A stretch of DNA of 63,978 bases, counting the filler, from Craspedostauros australis (taxonomy: Eukaryota), in NCBI GenBank assembly GCA_030167865.1. It is 19 parts of 19 records of this genome, joined end to end, with 100 filler letters (N's around TTAATTAATTAA, not from the genome) between each part and the next. Parts side by side here need not be neighbours in the genome. Positions count along the whole stretch, not along the records: positions 47,061 to 49,135 come from JALAGF010000579.1; positions 49,236 to 50,798 come from JALAGF010000581.1; positions 50,899 to 52,232 come from JALAGF010000582.1; positions 52,333 to 53,582 come from JALAGF010000583.1; positions 53,683 to 54,907 come from JALAGF010000586.1; positions 55,008 to 56,271 come from JALAGF010000587.1; positions 56,372 to 57,581 come from JALAGF010000589.1; positions 57,682 to 58,977 come from JALAGF010000592.1; 11 more parts are not named here. The stretch is one strand, 5' to 3'. Below are positions 47,061-59,077 of this stretch, one piece after another; position 1 is the first letter of the stretch; each line of letters starts with the position of its first letter. The position numbers and the translations under genes were made by a program. The notes beneath the pieces are model-generated. The model did not search any database, had not been told where the DNA came from, and was given only the letters and a program-made list of their open reading frames with translations.

Positions 47061-49023
47061 CTGCAGATCCTGTGGCAGCGAATGCAGCTTCGATGTGATC
47101 AGATCAACCACGTTGGCGGCCATGTCGATCTCATCAGCTGCCCGTTGCCCATCCCATTCCCACTGCAACGTATGGATGTTGCGAGTCAGGACCTTGCGAC
47201 GGCGCAACCCTTCCAGTGCCTGCATCGTGTACAGCACATTGCCTTTCGTCTTGTCATGGAGCAACTTCGCTAGAGGAGCCGTTTTGATCGCATCTAATCG
47301 AAGCGACGATGCGAGAAGGTCCGCAGTTTGGGTGACAGTGAGATCGTCAAGCGGGATGTCATGGATGGTCTTTCCGTTGCTCTTCCATTGTGAGACGGCG
47401 GTGGTGAGCTGGTGCTTAGGATCGCTGTGTACCTCGTTGGATCGATATGACCCGATGATGAGAAGGTTGCGGATGGACGGATCGAGGAGGATCTCCGTGA
47501 TGAGTTTGAGAGATCGCTCATCGACCCATTGAAGATCTGTTGGTGAGCGGGCATATGTGTGTACATTTACAAACATGTATGGGGTAATGGGGTATGGGGC
47601 ATGAGAAGGTGAGAATAAGACAGCAGAGCATGATCCAGAGATGTACATTGTGGCATACTCATCGACAGATAGGTATTAGACATGCAGGTCAAGAAGATCA
47701 CAGATACCAATACGCTTCAACAGATACGGCACGGATGCGAACTGGGCGCGAACAACCGGATGCGGAATTGGTGCAGCATACATTCCTCTCACTCCCCGTT
47801 CACTCACCATCCAGATACAGCACGAGTGGACGACCATCCGTGCAGATGGCCTTGAGGATCACCTTGAATGTGTAAACGAGCTGAGCCCACTCCTTGCTTC
47901 TGGAGTTCGTGTTTGCAACCCCGTCAGCCTCAAAGATGCTCGCTGTACACATTGATCCAATAGCCAGCGATGCTTCGTCGCCCTGCATCTTTGCGTTCGT
48001 GTTGCTCCGGATCATGCTCCCGATACTCATGCTTCCCAAGCTCTGTCGGGTACCGTCCGCTGTCCCATCCTCCGGAGCGTCTCCCATCACAGCCGAGAGT
48101 CCCGGGATGACTCTTCGGACGAGGTCCTGCCGTCTCTTGTCCATCCTCCGACTCATCTTCATTCGGATTCGTTGGCACTCTGCATCATCGCCAGATGCCG
48201 CAAGGTTGCGGAAGAAGTGCGACAGGGCATCCGCAATGGCGGAGAGATTGCCCCCTGTATTGTACTGATCGTACTTTCCCTTCCCGTAGTGGCACGGATG
48301 AGAGTCCGCTCGTCGCTTCTTCTTTGCCGCACCCATGCCTCCTTCGCCAGTATCCGCACCTTCCTCTTCGTTTTTGACAGCAGGACTCGATGGGGTGCAT
48401 CCATCTGTGTTGAGCCGTGCGAGGAAGCGGTCCACCAACGCCGACTTGCCAGATCCGGAGTATCCATGAATCAGGACGATCTGGATGTCCTTGTTGTGGC
48501 CATTTCTGCTGGATGTCTTCAATGGTTTGCGGCAGATGCGGCCGTAGATGGAGTTCAATCGTTCTAGCTCGTCCTCACGTCCAACGAAGGTGCCGAAATG
48601 GATCTTGTTGTGGTGGAAAGCACCTGCCGGTGTGACTCCAGCATTTCCCTGAGCAGTTGCATCGCCACTAGTCTCTGCCAAGCAATCGTTCTCGATGTTG
48701 TTGTGGTCGCAGTTGCCGCTACCCTGGCCATCGTCGTCGTCGTCGTCATCATCATCATCATCGTTGACGTTATATATTTCATGTTTCGATTCGTCAACGG
48801 TGCTGCTGATGTTCTCGGCTGTGGTGACTGTGTTGTCATCCTCGAAGTCTTTGGTGGAGGTGCCGCCGACGAGTGATGACTTGCGTCTCAAGCGTTGGCG
48901 CGGTGACGACCTTGAATGCGTCGATGACCTCAAGTGCGAAGACCGTCTGTCCAACGGCGTCAACGATGGCAGAACTACAGACGCATCCGATCCGCGCTGT
49001 TTCCACATGCTAGATGTTGGCAT
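47061..49023 (-). CDS. STAND/AAA_16 P-loop ATPase (COG3899-like), 3'-truncated; exons 49023-47808 and 47536-47061
   Basis: FVGREDEL, Walker A GYSGSGKS, GKYDQ, Walker B PLVLYLD|DLQW rebuilt by a GTGAGT/CAG intron, IIGSYRSNEV, KTKGN. Confidence 0.88.
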
Positions 49024-49235
49024 TGATGATGATGCTGATGATGATATTGCTGCTGATGATGCCCGTTGTGAGCGTCCTCGTACTATACTCGTGCGTGGCC
49101 GAGTGGAGCTGGTGTGAGGTTGAACTCGCAGTTGANNNNNNNNNNNNNNNNNNNNNNNNNNNNNNNNNNNNNNNNNNNNTTAATTAATTAANNNNNNNNN
49201 NNNNNNNNNNNNNNNNNNNNNNNNNNNNNNNNNNN

Positions 49236-50798
49236 TTGGAAGAGCTGCAAGCACAGCTCGAGACAATTCGGACTGAAAACCTTCGCCTCCAAGAGGCAAC
49301 GTTGACAGCCGAAGCCAACGCTGAAGCAGCAAACATGGCAGCAGCCGTCTCCCAAGCCGCAGCTGACGCCATCACGGACCCCAAGCCAAAAGGAAGGAAG
49401 CGTCCGGACGACGACAGCGATGACGACGACGAAGACCTCACCACCAAGCCAATCGTCCCCATCATGGGTGGAATGAGCCAGCAAGGTCGCAACTGGGTAC
49501 CCTGGACAGCAGGCGAACCAAATGTGGATTGGACTGGCCTCAAGGAAGGGTCCCAAACTAGATGGACCCACGCCCAGCAGCAGAGAATCCTCCACAACGG
49601 AGCCGACTCTGCGAACCAAGCCAAGCGCGAAACTGGATTGACCGACAAGTTCAAGAAAGGTGGAAACATCCAGCAATTCATTCGGCTGGTACACAACCAC
49701 ATGAGCAAGACGGGACTTTTAACCATGGCATACATTGCCGACGACGCTGCAACCCCAACAATGGTATGCGTCCTCGACTCACCTGCCTCCTTCACCCTTG
49801 AAGACTCAATGAGGCATTTCGAAGCGTACCACGAGAAGTGGGACAACTACGACGTCCAAAACAACTGGGCAGCCGCCGCGTTCTTCCGCGACAGCCTTGA
49901 CCCAGTTCTCGAAGATCAGCTCATGAACCGAATCGAAAGGAAGTATCACAATCACTTCCTAACCCTCTTCATCGAATTCATGAATAGCATCACCGCCAAC
50001 TCGTTGGACGAGCAAGAAAAGATCGCCAAGGACATCCGTCAAGTCGACTGCTCTCAGTTCGCTGGTGAGAATGTCGGTGAAATGGCTGTTAAGCTTCGCG
50101 CCCTCTGCAAGAGCCTCGATGACGCTGGTCGCTTCGACCTCCATCTGCTCCGTAACATCCTCGACGCCTTCCTCCAGGCAGGCGGCAAGTTCCTCTCCGG
50201 TGAACAATACCGACGTCCTCTTTATGTGATGAAGGATGATCTTGAGACTATCCTCAAGCGTCTCCCCATATTCACGTACCAAGAAGCTCTTCCAAAGCTC
50301 GCAGCCAAGGACCTCACTTGGATGGCAATCTGCAACAAAGCGCAGGCTTCGTACGACAACGAAGTACGTGGAGATCGTTGGCACGCCATTAGACGCGTCA
50401 AGGACCGCAACGTCCCCAGGCAATCGTACTTCAACAACGTAGCCAAGCATCCAAAGGCAAACATCCTTGAGCAACACAAGGGTTTCGGAAGGAACAACGC
50501 GAAGAAGAAGAATCAACCAAGGAAGCCCAACAACAACAACGGCAATCGAAAACCGAACCAAGGTTGGGCATCCACGCCACCCAAAGCAGGTGAACCACAG
50601 CGCAAGCTTGTCTACGACAAGACGTTCATGTGGTGCGCGAAGTGTCGTCGTTGGCGTCTTTCGCATAACACCGAGAGCCATCAAGACAACTTCAAACCGA
50701 AAGGTAAAGGCAACAACAACGCCAAGCCTGACCACCTCGTCGTCGACATGGCCGCTTGGACCTGCTTAACAGCCACCGCTAGCCAAGACGAAAAGGAA
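49236..50798 (+). mobile_element. LTR retrotransposon gag ORF fragment with CCHH-type knuckle (CoDi-like)
   Basis: Contig-spanning open frame; FAGENV capsid-like motif; basic N/K-rich region; WCAKCRRWRLSHNTESH; paralogous to 62966-63978. Confidence 0.7.
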
Positions 50799-51278
50799 NN
50801 NNNNNNNNNNNNNNNNNNNNNNNNNNNNNNNNNNNNNNNNNNTTAATTAATTAANNNNNNNNNNNNNNNNNNNNNNNNNNNNNNNNNNNNNNNNNNNNCG
50901 AATCTTTCACGGAAGGTGCTGAATTGCCTGATCTGCCGCATCGAGATCCGGTCTTGCGATCAGAGGAATTGGATCGGAGTTGATCCATTGCTTTGCACGA
51001 GTTGCTGCTGCTACACCAGCGAACGCAGAGCCAAACAGAGACGCATCGCTCTCCTTCCTTCCTTCCTTCCTTCCTTCTCTGGAACGTCAGCACCAACACT
51101 TCAATCTCACCAGCAAGTTGACCACCAAGTGGAACAACAGTCGTACAGCATCATAGCAACAACATCGGCAACCTCATAACTTCTCAATCATCCACATCCA
51201 CTGCTACATCCACTGCTACATCCACCAGAACAGGACAGCTCCGCTAGGATAAAAAGAAGTAGCAGCAGCAGCAGTACC

Positions 51279-52232
51279 ATGCCAACCCACCATGGCGCTG
51301 TTCCCAGAAGCAGCAGAACAGTGGCCTCCTCCTCATCGTCCGGCAACAAGTCGATGTCGCTGTCGCCAGGCAAGCTGAGGAAGAACGTCCAACGCCTGCT
51401 CAACCGCAGTCCGCAGCAGAAGAAGGAATCCAGATCAAGCAGATCATCCAGAACGGACATGCCAGCGACCCTGCCTCTCAACGAGGAGACTTCCACAACT
51501 TCATCGCAACCAGACACGCAGCGCAGACGATCCCGATCCTCCGGAGCCGCACCAAGGCAACGCACGGACTGTCCCAGCCGCAACCGATCCACCTCCGCGG
51601 ACAAGAGCCGGCGGCCGGGTGAGCCCAGGCCCTTGCGCCGACGCCTCAAGAGAACGAGCACATCGAAGCAGCAGCAACCCGAGCTCGATAGCAACACCAG
51701 CGTGGCAGGCAGCGAGACGACGGCCACCACGGCATCCACCTGCAGCACGTACGCATCCAGTGACAGCCGATCCACGTCTCGACCCAGAGTGCGCTTCAGC
51801 GAACCCGGTCCCACGCAGCGCCGCAGCACCACGCAACGACGTGTGGGACGCAGGCAGCCGCCGCAGCGGTTTCATTCCGATTCTTTGACCGTGATGCAGC
51901 AGCANNNNNNNNNNNNNNNNNNNNNNNNNNNNNNNNNNNNNNNNNNNNNNCAACCACAGCGACACCACCCATCCGCCATGATGGGACGTCGTGCGGTGCC
52001 TCATCGCGCCCATTCCGATCCGCGTCAGCTTCAGCAGCTGCAGCAACAGTACCACATGCACAACCGCGCCCATCCTGCAAACCAGATGAGACCCCGTCTG
52101 CCACCGCAGCACTTCAGAAACGGTCCCCCGGTCATCAACGATCCGCGTTGCGCGCAGGATTACGGACAGGTGTACCATGCGAATCTCGACAATGCCATCG
52201 GTGAGTACGATGTCTACAACCAATACGCGCAC
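51279..52232 (+). CDS. Low-complexity S/R/Q-rich hypothetical protein, partial
   Basis: Open frame running to the contig end with poly-Q next to a gap; no recognised domain. Confidence 0.45.
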
Positions 52233-52332
52233 NNNNNNNNNNNNNNNNNNNNNNNNNNNNNNNNNNNNNNNNNNNNTTAATTAATTAANNNNNNNNNNNN
52301 NNNNNNNNNNNNNNNNNNNNNNNNNNNNNNNN

Positions 52333-53582
52333 GGACCAACTAGCGGACCCACATCCGGACCAACTAGCGGACCAACATCCGGCCCAACTCCACAGCCAAC
52401 ATCCCAGCCAACAGCCAGTGCTGCACCAACCAACTGCGTTGATCCAGATGGCGCCAAGTTCGTCAAGTCCACCGATGCTTCCTACACTGCAGACCCCAAG
52501 CCAATCATCCTCACATTCGAGAGCGACGATGCAACACTCGTTGAGTTTGACTTCATTCAGAACATCATCAACGGGGTCATCCCGCATGTCTTCATCAAGT
52601 ACCGCAAGTCCGAGACTGGTATCAACGAATGCGCTGAGTTTGCAAATGTCGGAGAGAACACTCCGATCTCACTTTCTGCCGAGTGTGTGGACATGTCCAC
52701 GAACGTGGTGATCTACATCTACACTGGCGATGACTTTGCCAGTGAGAACTGCGAGGCATGCAGCCTTCCAAGTGATGACGGCGAAGGTGGCTCAGGCAAT
52801 CCAGACAACTTTGCTGCGTACTACTTCGATGTTCCATGCAACACCGAGTGTATCGAGCCAACGGCTGCCCCAACTTCGGCGCCGACCTCTGGACCAACAT
52901 CCGGACCAACAAGCGGCCCAACATCCGGACCAACGTCGGGACCAACCAGTGGACCAACATCCGGACCAACCTCTGGACCAACTTCAGGACCAACATCTGG
53001 ACCAACCTCGGGACCAACCAGCGGACCAACCTCTGGACCAACATCTGGACCAACATCTGGACCAACTAGCGGACCCACCTCTGGACCAACCAGCGGGCCA
53101 ACGTCTGGACCAACCAGTGGACCTACTTCCGGCCCAACCTCTGGACCAACTAGCGGACCAACATCTGGACCCACCTCTGGACCAACCAGCGGGCCAACGT
53201 CTGGACCAACCAGTGGACCTACTTCCGGACCAACATCCGGTCCAACTAGCGGACCAACATCTGGACCAACCAGCGGACCTACTTCTGGACCAACTAGCGG
53301 ACCAACATCCGGACCAACTAGCGGCCCAACTTCGGGACCAACCAGCGGCCCAACATCTGGACCAACCTCGGGACCTACTTCGGGACCAACCTCTGGACCA
53401 ACTAGCGGACCAACCTCTGGGCCAACGTCTGGACCAACTAGCGGACCAACCAGTGGCCCAACCTCTGGACCAACTAGCGGACCAACATCTGGACCAACCA
53501 GCGGACCAACATCCGGACCAACCAGCGGACCTACTTCGGGACCTACTTCTGGACCAACTAGCGGACCAACATCCGGACCAAC
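52333..53582 (+). CDS. Internal fragment of a mucin-like extracellular protein: Cys-rich globular domain flanked by PTSG tandem repeats
   Basis: Frame open across the whole contig: GPTS repeats, then a ~140-aa domain (NCVDPDG...ECAEF...AECVD...NCEACSLP...YYFDVPCNTEC), then PTSG repeats. Confidence 0.8.
52882..53582 (+). repeat. 12-bp coding tandem array (~58 PTSG units) with synonymous variation
   Basis: Ser codons vary among tct/tcc/tcg/agc/agt while the peptide is invariant; a ~60-nt block recurs 96 nt apart (53071 and 53167). Confidence 0.95.
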
Positions 53583-53682
53583 NNNNNNNNNNNNNNNNNN
53601 NNNNNNNNNNNNNNNNNNNNNNNNNNTTAATTAATTAANNNNNNNNNNNNNNNNNNNNNNNNNNNNNNNNNNNNNNNNNNNN

Positions 53683-54907
53683 CTCAGGAAGCTCATCCTC
53701 AGAGAGACCAACGACAAAGGCAAGAGGATCTTTCACAGCGTGGACCGCGCAAGAGGAACAGACGACCAAGTCGTGGCCCACTCCTTTCCTGAATACCAGG
53801 AGGAGGCCAAGCACTACATGAGTCTGCTACCGGCAATCGCGCGCCACAAAGTGGGAGAGAAGGCCGAGAAATGGTTCAGCCCCGAGGTGTGGATNGCCAG
53901 TCTCAACATCGTGCATGACCCGGCCACCAACGATTACACATCCCCAGANGTCCACAATCTCGAAGACATNGCTGACGAAGAATTCCCGGCCAGTGTGATA
54001 ATCACCAACATCCCGGACATGATGCCCACCACTCATCGACCAGCAGCCCTCGACAACAGAAGCCTCTTCAACCCCAACTCCACTGTCGGCACAACCAACC
54101 GGTCCATCGATTCTGCCTACACAGTAGCCCCCAGGAAGGAGACCGACAGCCACCAGAGTGATCCAGAGCCATCAACGAGAGCCCCACACCACGATTCCGC
54201 CAGCCCCGAAGGGATACTCCGAACAGGCACCGACACAAGATACAGTCAGCAGCAAACCCGGGAAGCCCAGCTACTGGCACAGGTCCAAGCACTCCGAAGG
54301 GAACTCGGCAAGCCTAACGGCGAACCCCCGCAGCCNAATGGGGGACAGTCGCCATGATAGTCAGCCGCATGCGGGCACAGTCCAGCCCGAACCGCAACGG
54401 ACCCACCAATGCCGGAATCTCGAGATCGGATGATTCGACCGGCCAACACCACCACCTGGGGCACCAGACCAACGACAAGCCAACCACACAAATCAGGATT
54501 GCCACCCTCAACGCAGGCGGCATTCCACCAGACAAAACCGACCCAAAAAATGATGATCTGTGGCAGACCATCAAGCAGCATCAAGTGGATGTACTCCTGC
54601 TGACAGAAGTGGGTATCAACTGGAGCAAGACACCCACAGATGCAACCTTGTGCCGCAGAGCAGAACAGCACCTGAAGATGACGAAAACGAACACAGCGCA
54701 CTGCCAAACCCAGTCCAACAGCCCGAGACAATGGGGAGGCACAGCGATTGTTGTGCATGGGAAGATAGCTGGCCGAGTACTCTCGCGCGACAGCGACCCT
54801 GAGAAATGCGGCAGATGGGCAAGCGTCCTTCTCCAAGGAAAGCATGGCATCAAAGTACGCACAGTCGCAGTGTACATTCCCACCAAATCCACACAGACCG
54901 CGGGAAC
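53683..54907 (+). mobile_element. Non-LTR retrotransposon (Ambal-like LINE): end of ORF1 (to 54357) and start of ORF2 APE endonuclease (from 54354)
   Basis: IRIATLNAGGI, DVLLLTEVGINW, QWGGTA, DPEKCGRWASVLLQGK are APE motifs of this LINE type. Confidence 0.8.
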
Positions 54908-55007
54908 NNNNNNNNNNNNNNNNNNNNNNNNNNNNNNNNNNNNNNNNNNNNTTAATTAATTAANNNNNNNNNNNNNNNNNNNNNNNNNNNNNNNNNNNNN
55001 NNNNNNN

Positions 55008-55600
55008 GAGATCCAGATATGGTCCAAGAGATGCTCTGCCAGCTGAGGAGTTGGAGCAACATGGACAACATGGAGCCAAGAGCACCAACGCAAATCCAAG
55101 AAGCAGTCAATGCCCAACAAGTGATCGGATGGGGTATGATGGTGCGTGGGCGCTGGGCGAGGCAGTGGAGGACAATACAGGAGTCCGTGATGATGGAGGA
55201 AGAGCTCCCAATGAAGCCAGCNNNNNNNNNNNNNNNNNNNNNNNNNNNNNNNNNNNNNNNNNNNNNNAAGCCATGGGAAGCGCGCAACCGCGTGCTACAT
55301 GACCAGGATGGACGCAAGCGCGCGGCAGCCCAGGAAAAGAAGTATGAGCCAAGGTGAACGAGCAATGGGCGATCGGAGGCAGAGGTATCCTGGCCACAGA
55401 CCAAGCCCTCATGACGAATGTGGCAAGAGTGGAGGTGGTGAGGTGGCCAGTGGATGCTCAGAGCCGGTGAGTGAAGCATGTGCAAGCAGCACGGATAAGG
55501 GCCTAGGCAGTTGAGCAGCAACAACGTGCAGCAACGCAGGAGAGAAGAGGAGTACGCCAAGGACTCACACACGCTGTGAGAGTGCAGTGACGAGAAATGG
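55008..55600 (+). mobile_element. Degenerate 3' end of an Ambal-like LINE ORF2
   Basis: AVNAQQVIGWGMMVRGRWARQWRTIQ...WEARNRVLH is the typical C-terminal motif; the frame then breaks. Confidence 0.7.
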
Positions 55601-57681
55601 GTCTGCGCAAACGACGGTTATACGGGGCCTTGGGAGGAAGGGCGAACAAGCAACAATATGGAGCACGGATCAGTGCATGAGGTTTGTGAAAGAGCATAGC
55701 AGGCGCAAGTTGGATGCTCAGTGCGGTATGTTTGATGGCCCATGGTGCTGACAAATCGTGGTAGGCTAGGCACTGAGAGACACAGGGAAGTCGTTTCAGC
55801 GCAATCGGCCCTAGGCTCGTTGTAGACGGCCAACACTAAAGCCTTCAAGGTAACTTTGTACACGGAGGACATTCAGTGACTTATTATTGTTCTTGTTAAC
55901 ATGAATAAGAAGATGTACATATTTGATAGCAGGACGGCAATCAGATTCATCCAGATTCTGGCAACAAATATGGCCGCCAAGAATGCAGTCACCACCCCAC
56001 ACGTTAGTTTCTGCCAACCAAAGGGGGATCATTTGACAATGGCACGGATGCGCACACCGGCAAACATGATATGCTTCTCTTGTATGTATGCCTCATGTGG
56101 TCTTAGAACTGAACTCCGCACAGGAAGGACATTCATGCCTTCGATGGTGCGAGCTCTTGCCTGCGACCCTGTTTGCGGCGGGGATGGGCTGAGTGTTGGA
56201 AGTCCAAATCTGGGAAGCACAAGTGTGAGGACAAATGAAGGAGCATCCCTTTTGATTTGAAGCGATACGGANNNNNNNNNNNNNNNNNNNNNNNNNNNNN
56301 NNNNNNNNNNNNNNNTTAATTAATTAANNNNNNNNNNNNNNNNNNNNNNNNNNNNNNNNNNNNNNNNNNNNCTTTGATCCTCTTGGATCATCTTCCTAAT
56401 TTTGTCTTGGGTCTGAAACCCGCATCACATTTTCCGAATTCTATCGAGTAGTTTTCTTGGATCTTTCNNNNNNNNNNNNNNNNNNNNNNNNNNNNNNNNN
56501 NNNNNNNNNNNNNNNNNNNNNNNNNNNNNNNNNNNNNNNNNNNNNNNNNNNNNNNNNNNNNNNNNNNNNNNNNNNNNNNNNNNNNNNNNNNNNNNNNNNG
56601 CCAATAGAGGTTGCAAGCTGATTGTACGAGATTGGCTGGTCATGACGCACATCAGGCACACAAGGAGAACAGCACAGCACAGCGCATCACCAGTCATTGA
56701 CGCGCAGCACGGCGCAGCGCACCACAGAACGGCATGGACAACACAGGAGGATGGTCACAAGGTGCCTTGTACCATCTACTTTTTCCTTTGTGGGAAGGTC
56801 ACAGTCATTCTACATTGTTGTACAAGCAATGGCTACAAGCAGCAGCGAAACAGGAGGAACTTGTTTGAGATGCGCTGTGTTTCCTCTGTCAACTTTGTGA
56901 GGAGGATTTTGTGCCTCCGCTGTATCGTTGTGGAATGGATTTGCAATTCGGGACTCGCAAAGTGTTCTCATTGATGGGCACATTCGGTAGAATTGTGATT
57001 AATCTCCATGGCCCCCAACAGCAAAAACTGTTTGAGAACACCAAACACAACACAACGACACGACAATGGAGAAACACAACAAAACTCCTCAAGCGCCGTC
57101 GAACGGCATCGACGGCACTGCAGCAACCAGCGGTCCATTGCAAGATCCGAGGGCATAGGCGGAACCGCCATGTAAATATTGGTGGATGAGCGAGAGGGTG
57201 ATGCCGGAGTGGTTGATTTGGGGCCGTGGCAGGCCCACGCGCAAGCGACACGATTCAGAGGAACATCTGCTCGTTGGATATGGTCTCTGCCTGGAATGCA
57301 CAGGCCATTCCAACGACTATTGATGAGCAAGACGCATCCAAGAGGATACGATGAAGATGCACACGAAGTTTGAGGGTCGGGGGTGGCCTGGAAGGTGCCC
57401 TCCGCAAGAAACAAGTGGAGGGCAAGAGTTTTTTGGTGGGTGGCGGCGGACACACCACGTGACTTCGCTCGTGATGGGTGCCATTGGCAAGTCACCCAAA
57501 TCGCAAAGCCACCCATACAAGATGTGTTCGGAATCAACTCAAGATGACCAGGGCGGAGCCTTCTCCACGGATACGGTCTGTNNNNNNNNNNNNNNNNNNN
57601 NNNNNNNNNNNNNNNNNNNNNNNNNTTAATTAATTAANNNNNNNNNNNNNNNNNNNNNNNNNNNNNNNNNNNNNNNNNNNN

Positions 57682-58977
57682 GGCGTCGTACATGTCGCCG
57701 ATCACCATGGCTAGTTCATGCGCATGGTTGTACCCGTAGATAGGCAACTCGTCGAACATGTGCCCATCGCGCACGCCGTTATTCGATGGATGGTGAATCC
57801 AGAGCAGGCGATCCGCGGCCATGGCGCTCATACGCGAGATCAGATTCTTCGGGAGTGGCGGGAGACGATTCTCCTCAAGCAAATCGTTGATGTCGATTGC
57901 CTTGCTCGCCACGTCGTATGCGCCCATCACGCCGATGGTCATCAGCATGAAGTACACACTCCGCACTTCCATGCGGTTCTCGTCGATGCCTTGGTATGCC
58001 TCCATCGCGTCATAGCAAATGAGCGAGAGGTCGGAGCGAACGTCGTTCGCAGGCATCACGTTGGACAGCGAGCACCTCACTGCATAGGGAGGAGTGTCGC
58101 TTCCAAGGATTTGGCGGCGTTGGAGCTTCTCAGCTGGAGTCACAGGCACGTCTCCCTTTGGTCCTCCTGGGATGAGGATCAAGAATGGACAGAACGGGCA
58201 GTCAATACACCATGAGAACAACGGCCCTTTGGTCAGGCACAGTGGGCACCACGCGTTGTCGTTGTCGCGTCGAGACGCAATCTCGATCAACCCGTCCAAG
58301 TAGGAGCGGATGGGGCGCACGTTGTAGATCGGCTCTGGTCGCCTTGCTGAGGCCGTCGCGTGGAGGTCGATGCCGGGCATCGCGATCTCGTTGCTTTCGG
58401 TTTCGTCAGCTTCGCTCTCATCAGACGAGAACAAGTTGTCGCTCATCATGCGCTCCGCGTGGACTTGCGGTCCGTAGTAACCGTAGTCGTTCGGGCTGCG
58501 AATCCCAACCACTTCGATCGATCCCTCGTCGTTGCTGTTGTTGGTCCCGTTGTAGAACCCTGCGGCCAAGTCTCCATCGACGACCATGAGAGCCATGTCC
58601 TCCATGAGGTTTTCGATGTTGCTCTCCGTGTCGTGGGTGCGTATTGTCACGATTTCGTGGTCGGTGAGAATTTGTTTTTCGCTCACATTTTTGATGTTGC
58701 GCGCGATTTCTCCATCTTCCGCGATTTCGTGACACAACATCACATCATCGACGGTGATCAGCGCGACGTCGTCCATGCCGTCCATCCCGTCGGTAGCCAC
58801 ATTGGCTGAGTCTGCGTCCTTCATCGCTGCTCTCAACTTGAAGCANTGCACGATCTTGTGGCCTGTCTTGCCACAGAACTTGCACTTGCCGTTGAAGCCT
58901 CCGGCGCTGAAGTTGCCGTTGTTGCGGTTGCCATTGCCGCGGTTGCCGTTCTTCTTGGCGCCACCGCCTTGCTTGCC
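57682..58977 (-). mobile_element. Second, divergent Ty1/copia of the 14652 family: zinc knuckle followed in frame by the extra Cys4 domain
   Basis: FNGKCKFCGKTGHKIV.CFKLRAAMKDADSANVATDGM, then AWCPLCLTKGPLFSWCIDCP...; colinear with 15200-16345. Confidence 0.85.
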
Positions 58978-59077
58978 NNNNNNNNNNNNNNNNNNNNNNN
59001 NNNNNNNNNNNNNNNNNNNNNTTAATTAATTAANNNNNNNNNNNNNNNNNNNNNNNNNNNNNNNNNNNNNNNNNNNN

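Noticed and set aside
52730..53638. Alternative-frame LDQ-repeat ORF, or CRISPR interpretation of the array
   Set aside because: No spacers; variation is synonymous only in the PTSG frame.
57396..57424. 10-bp hairpin TGCCCTCCGC/GTGGAGGGCA
   Set aside because: Isolated, with no supporting context; compatible with chance.
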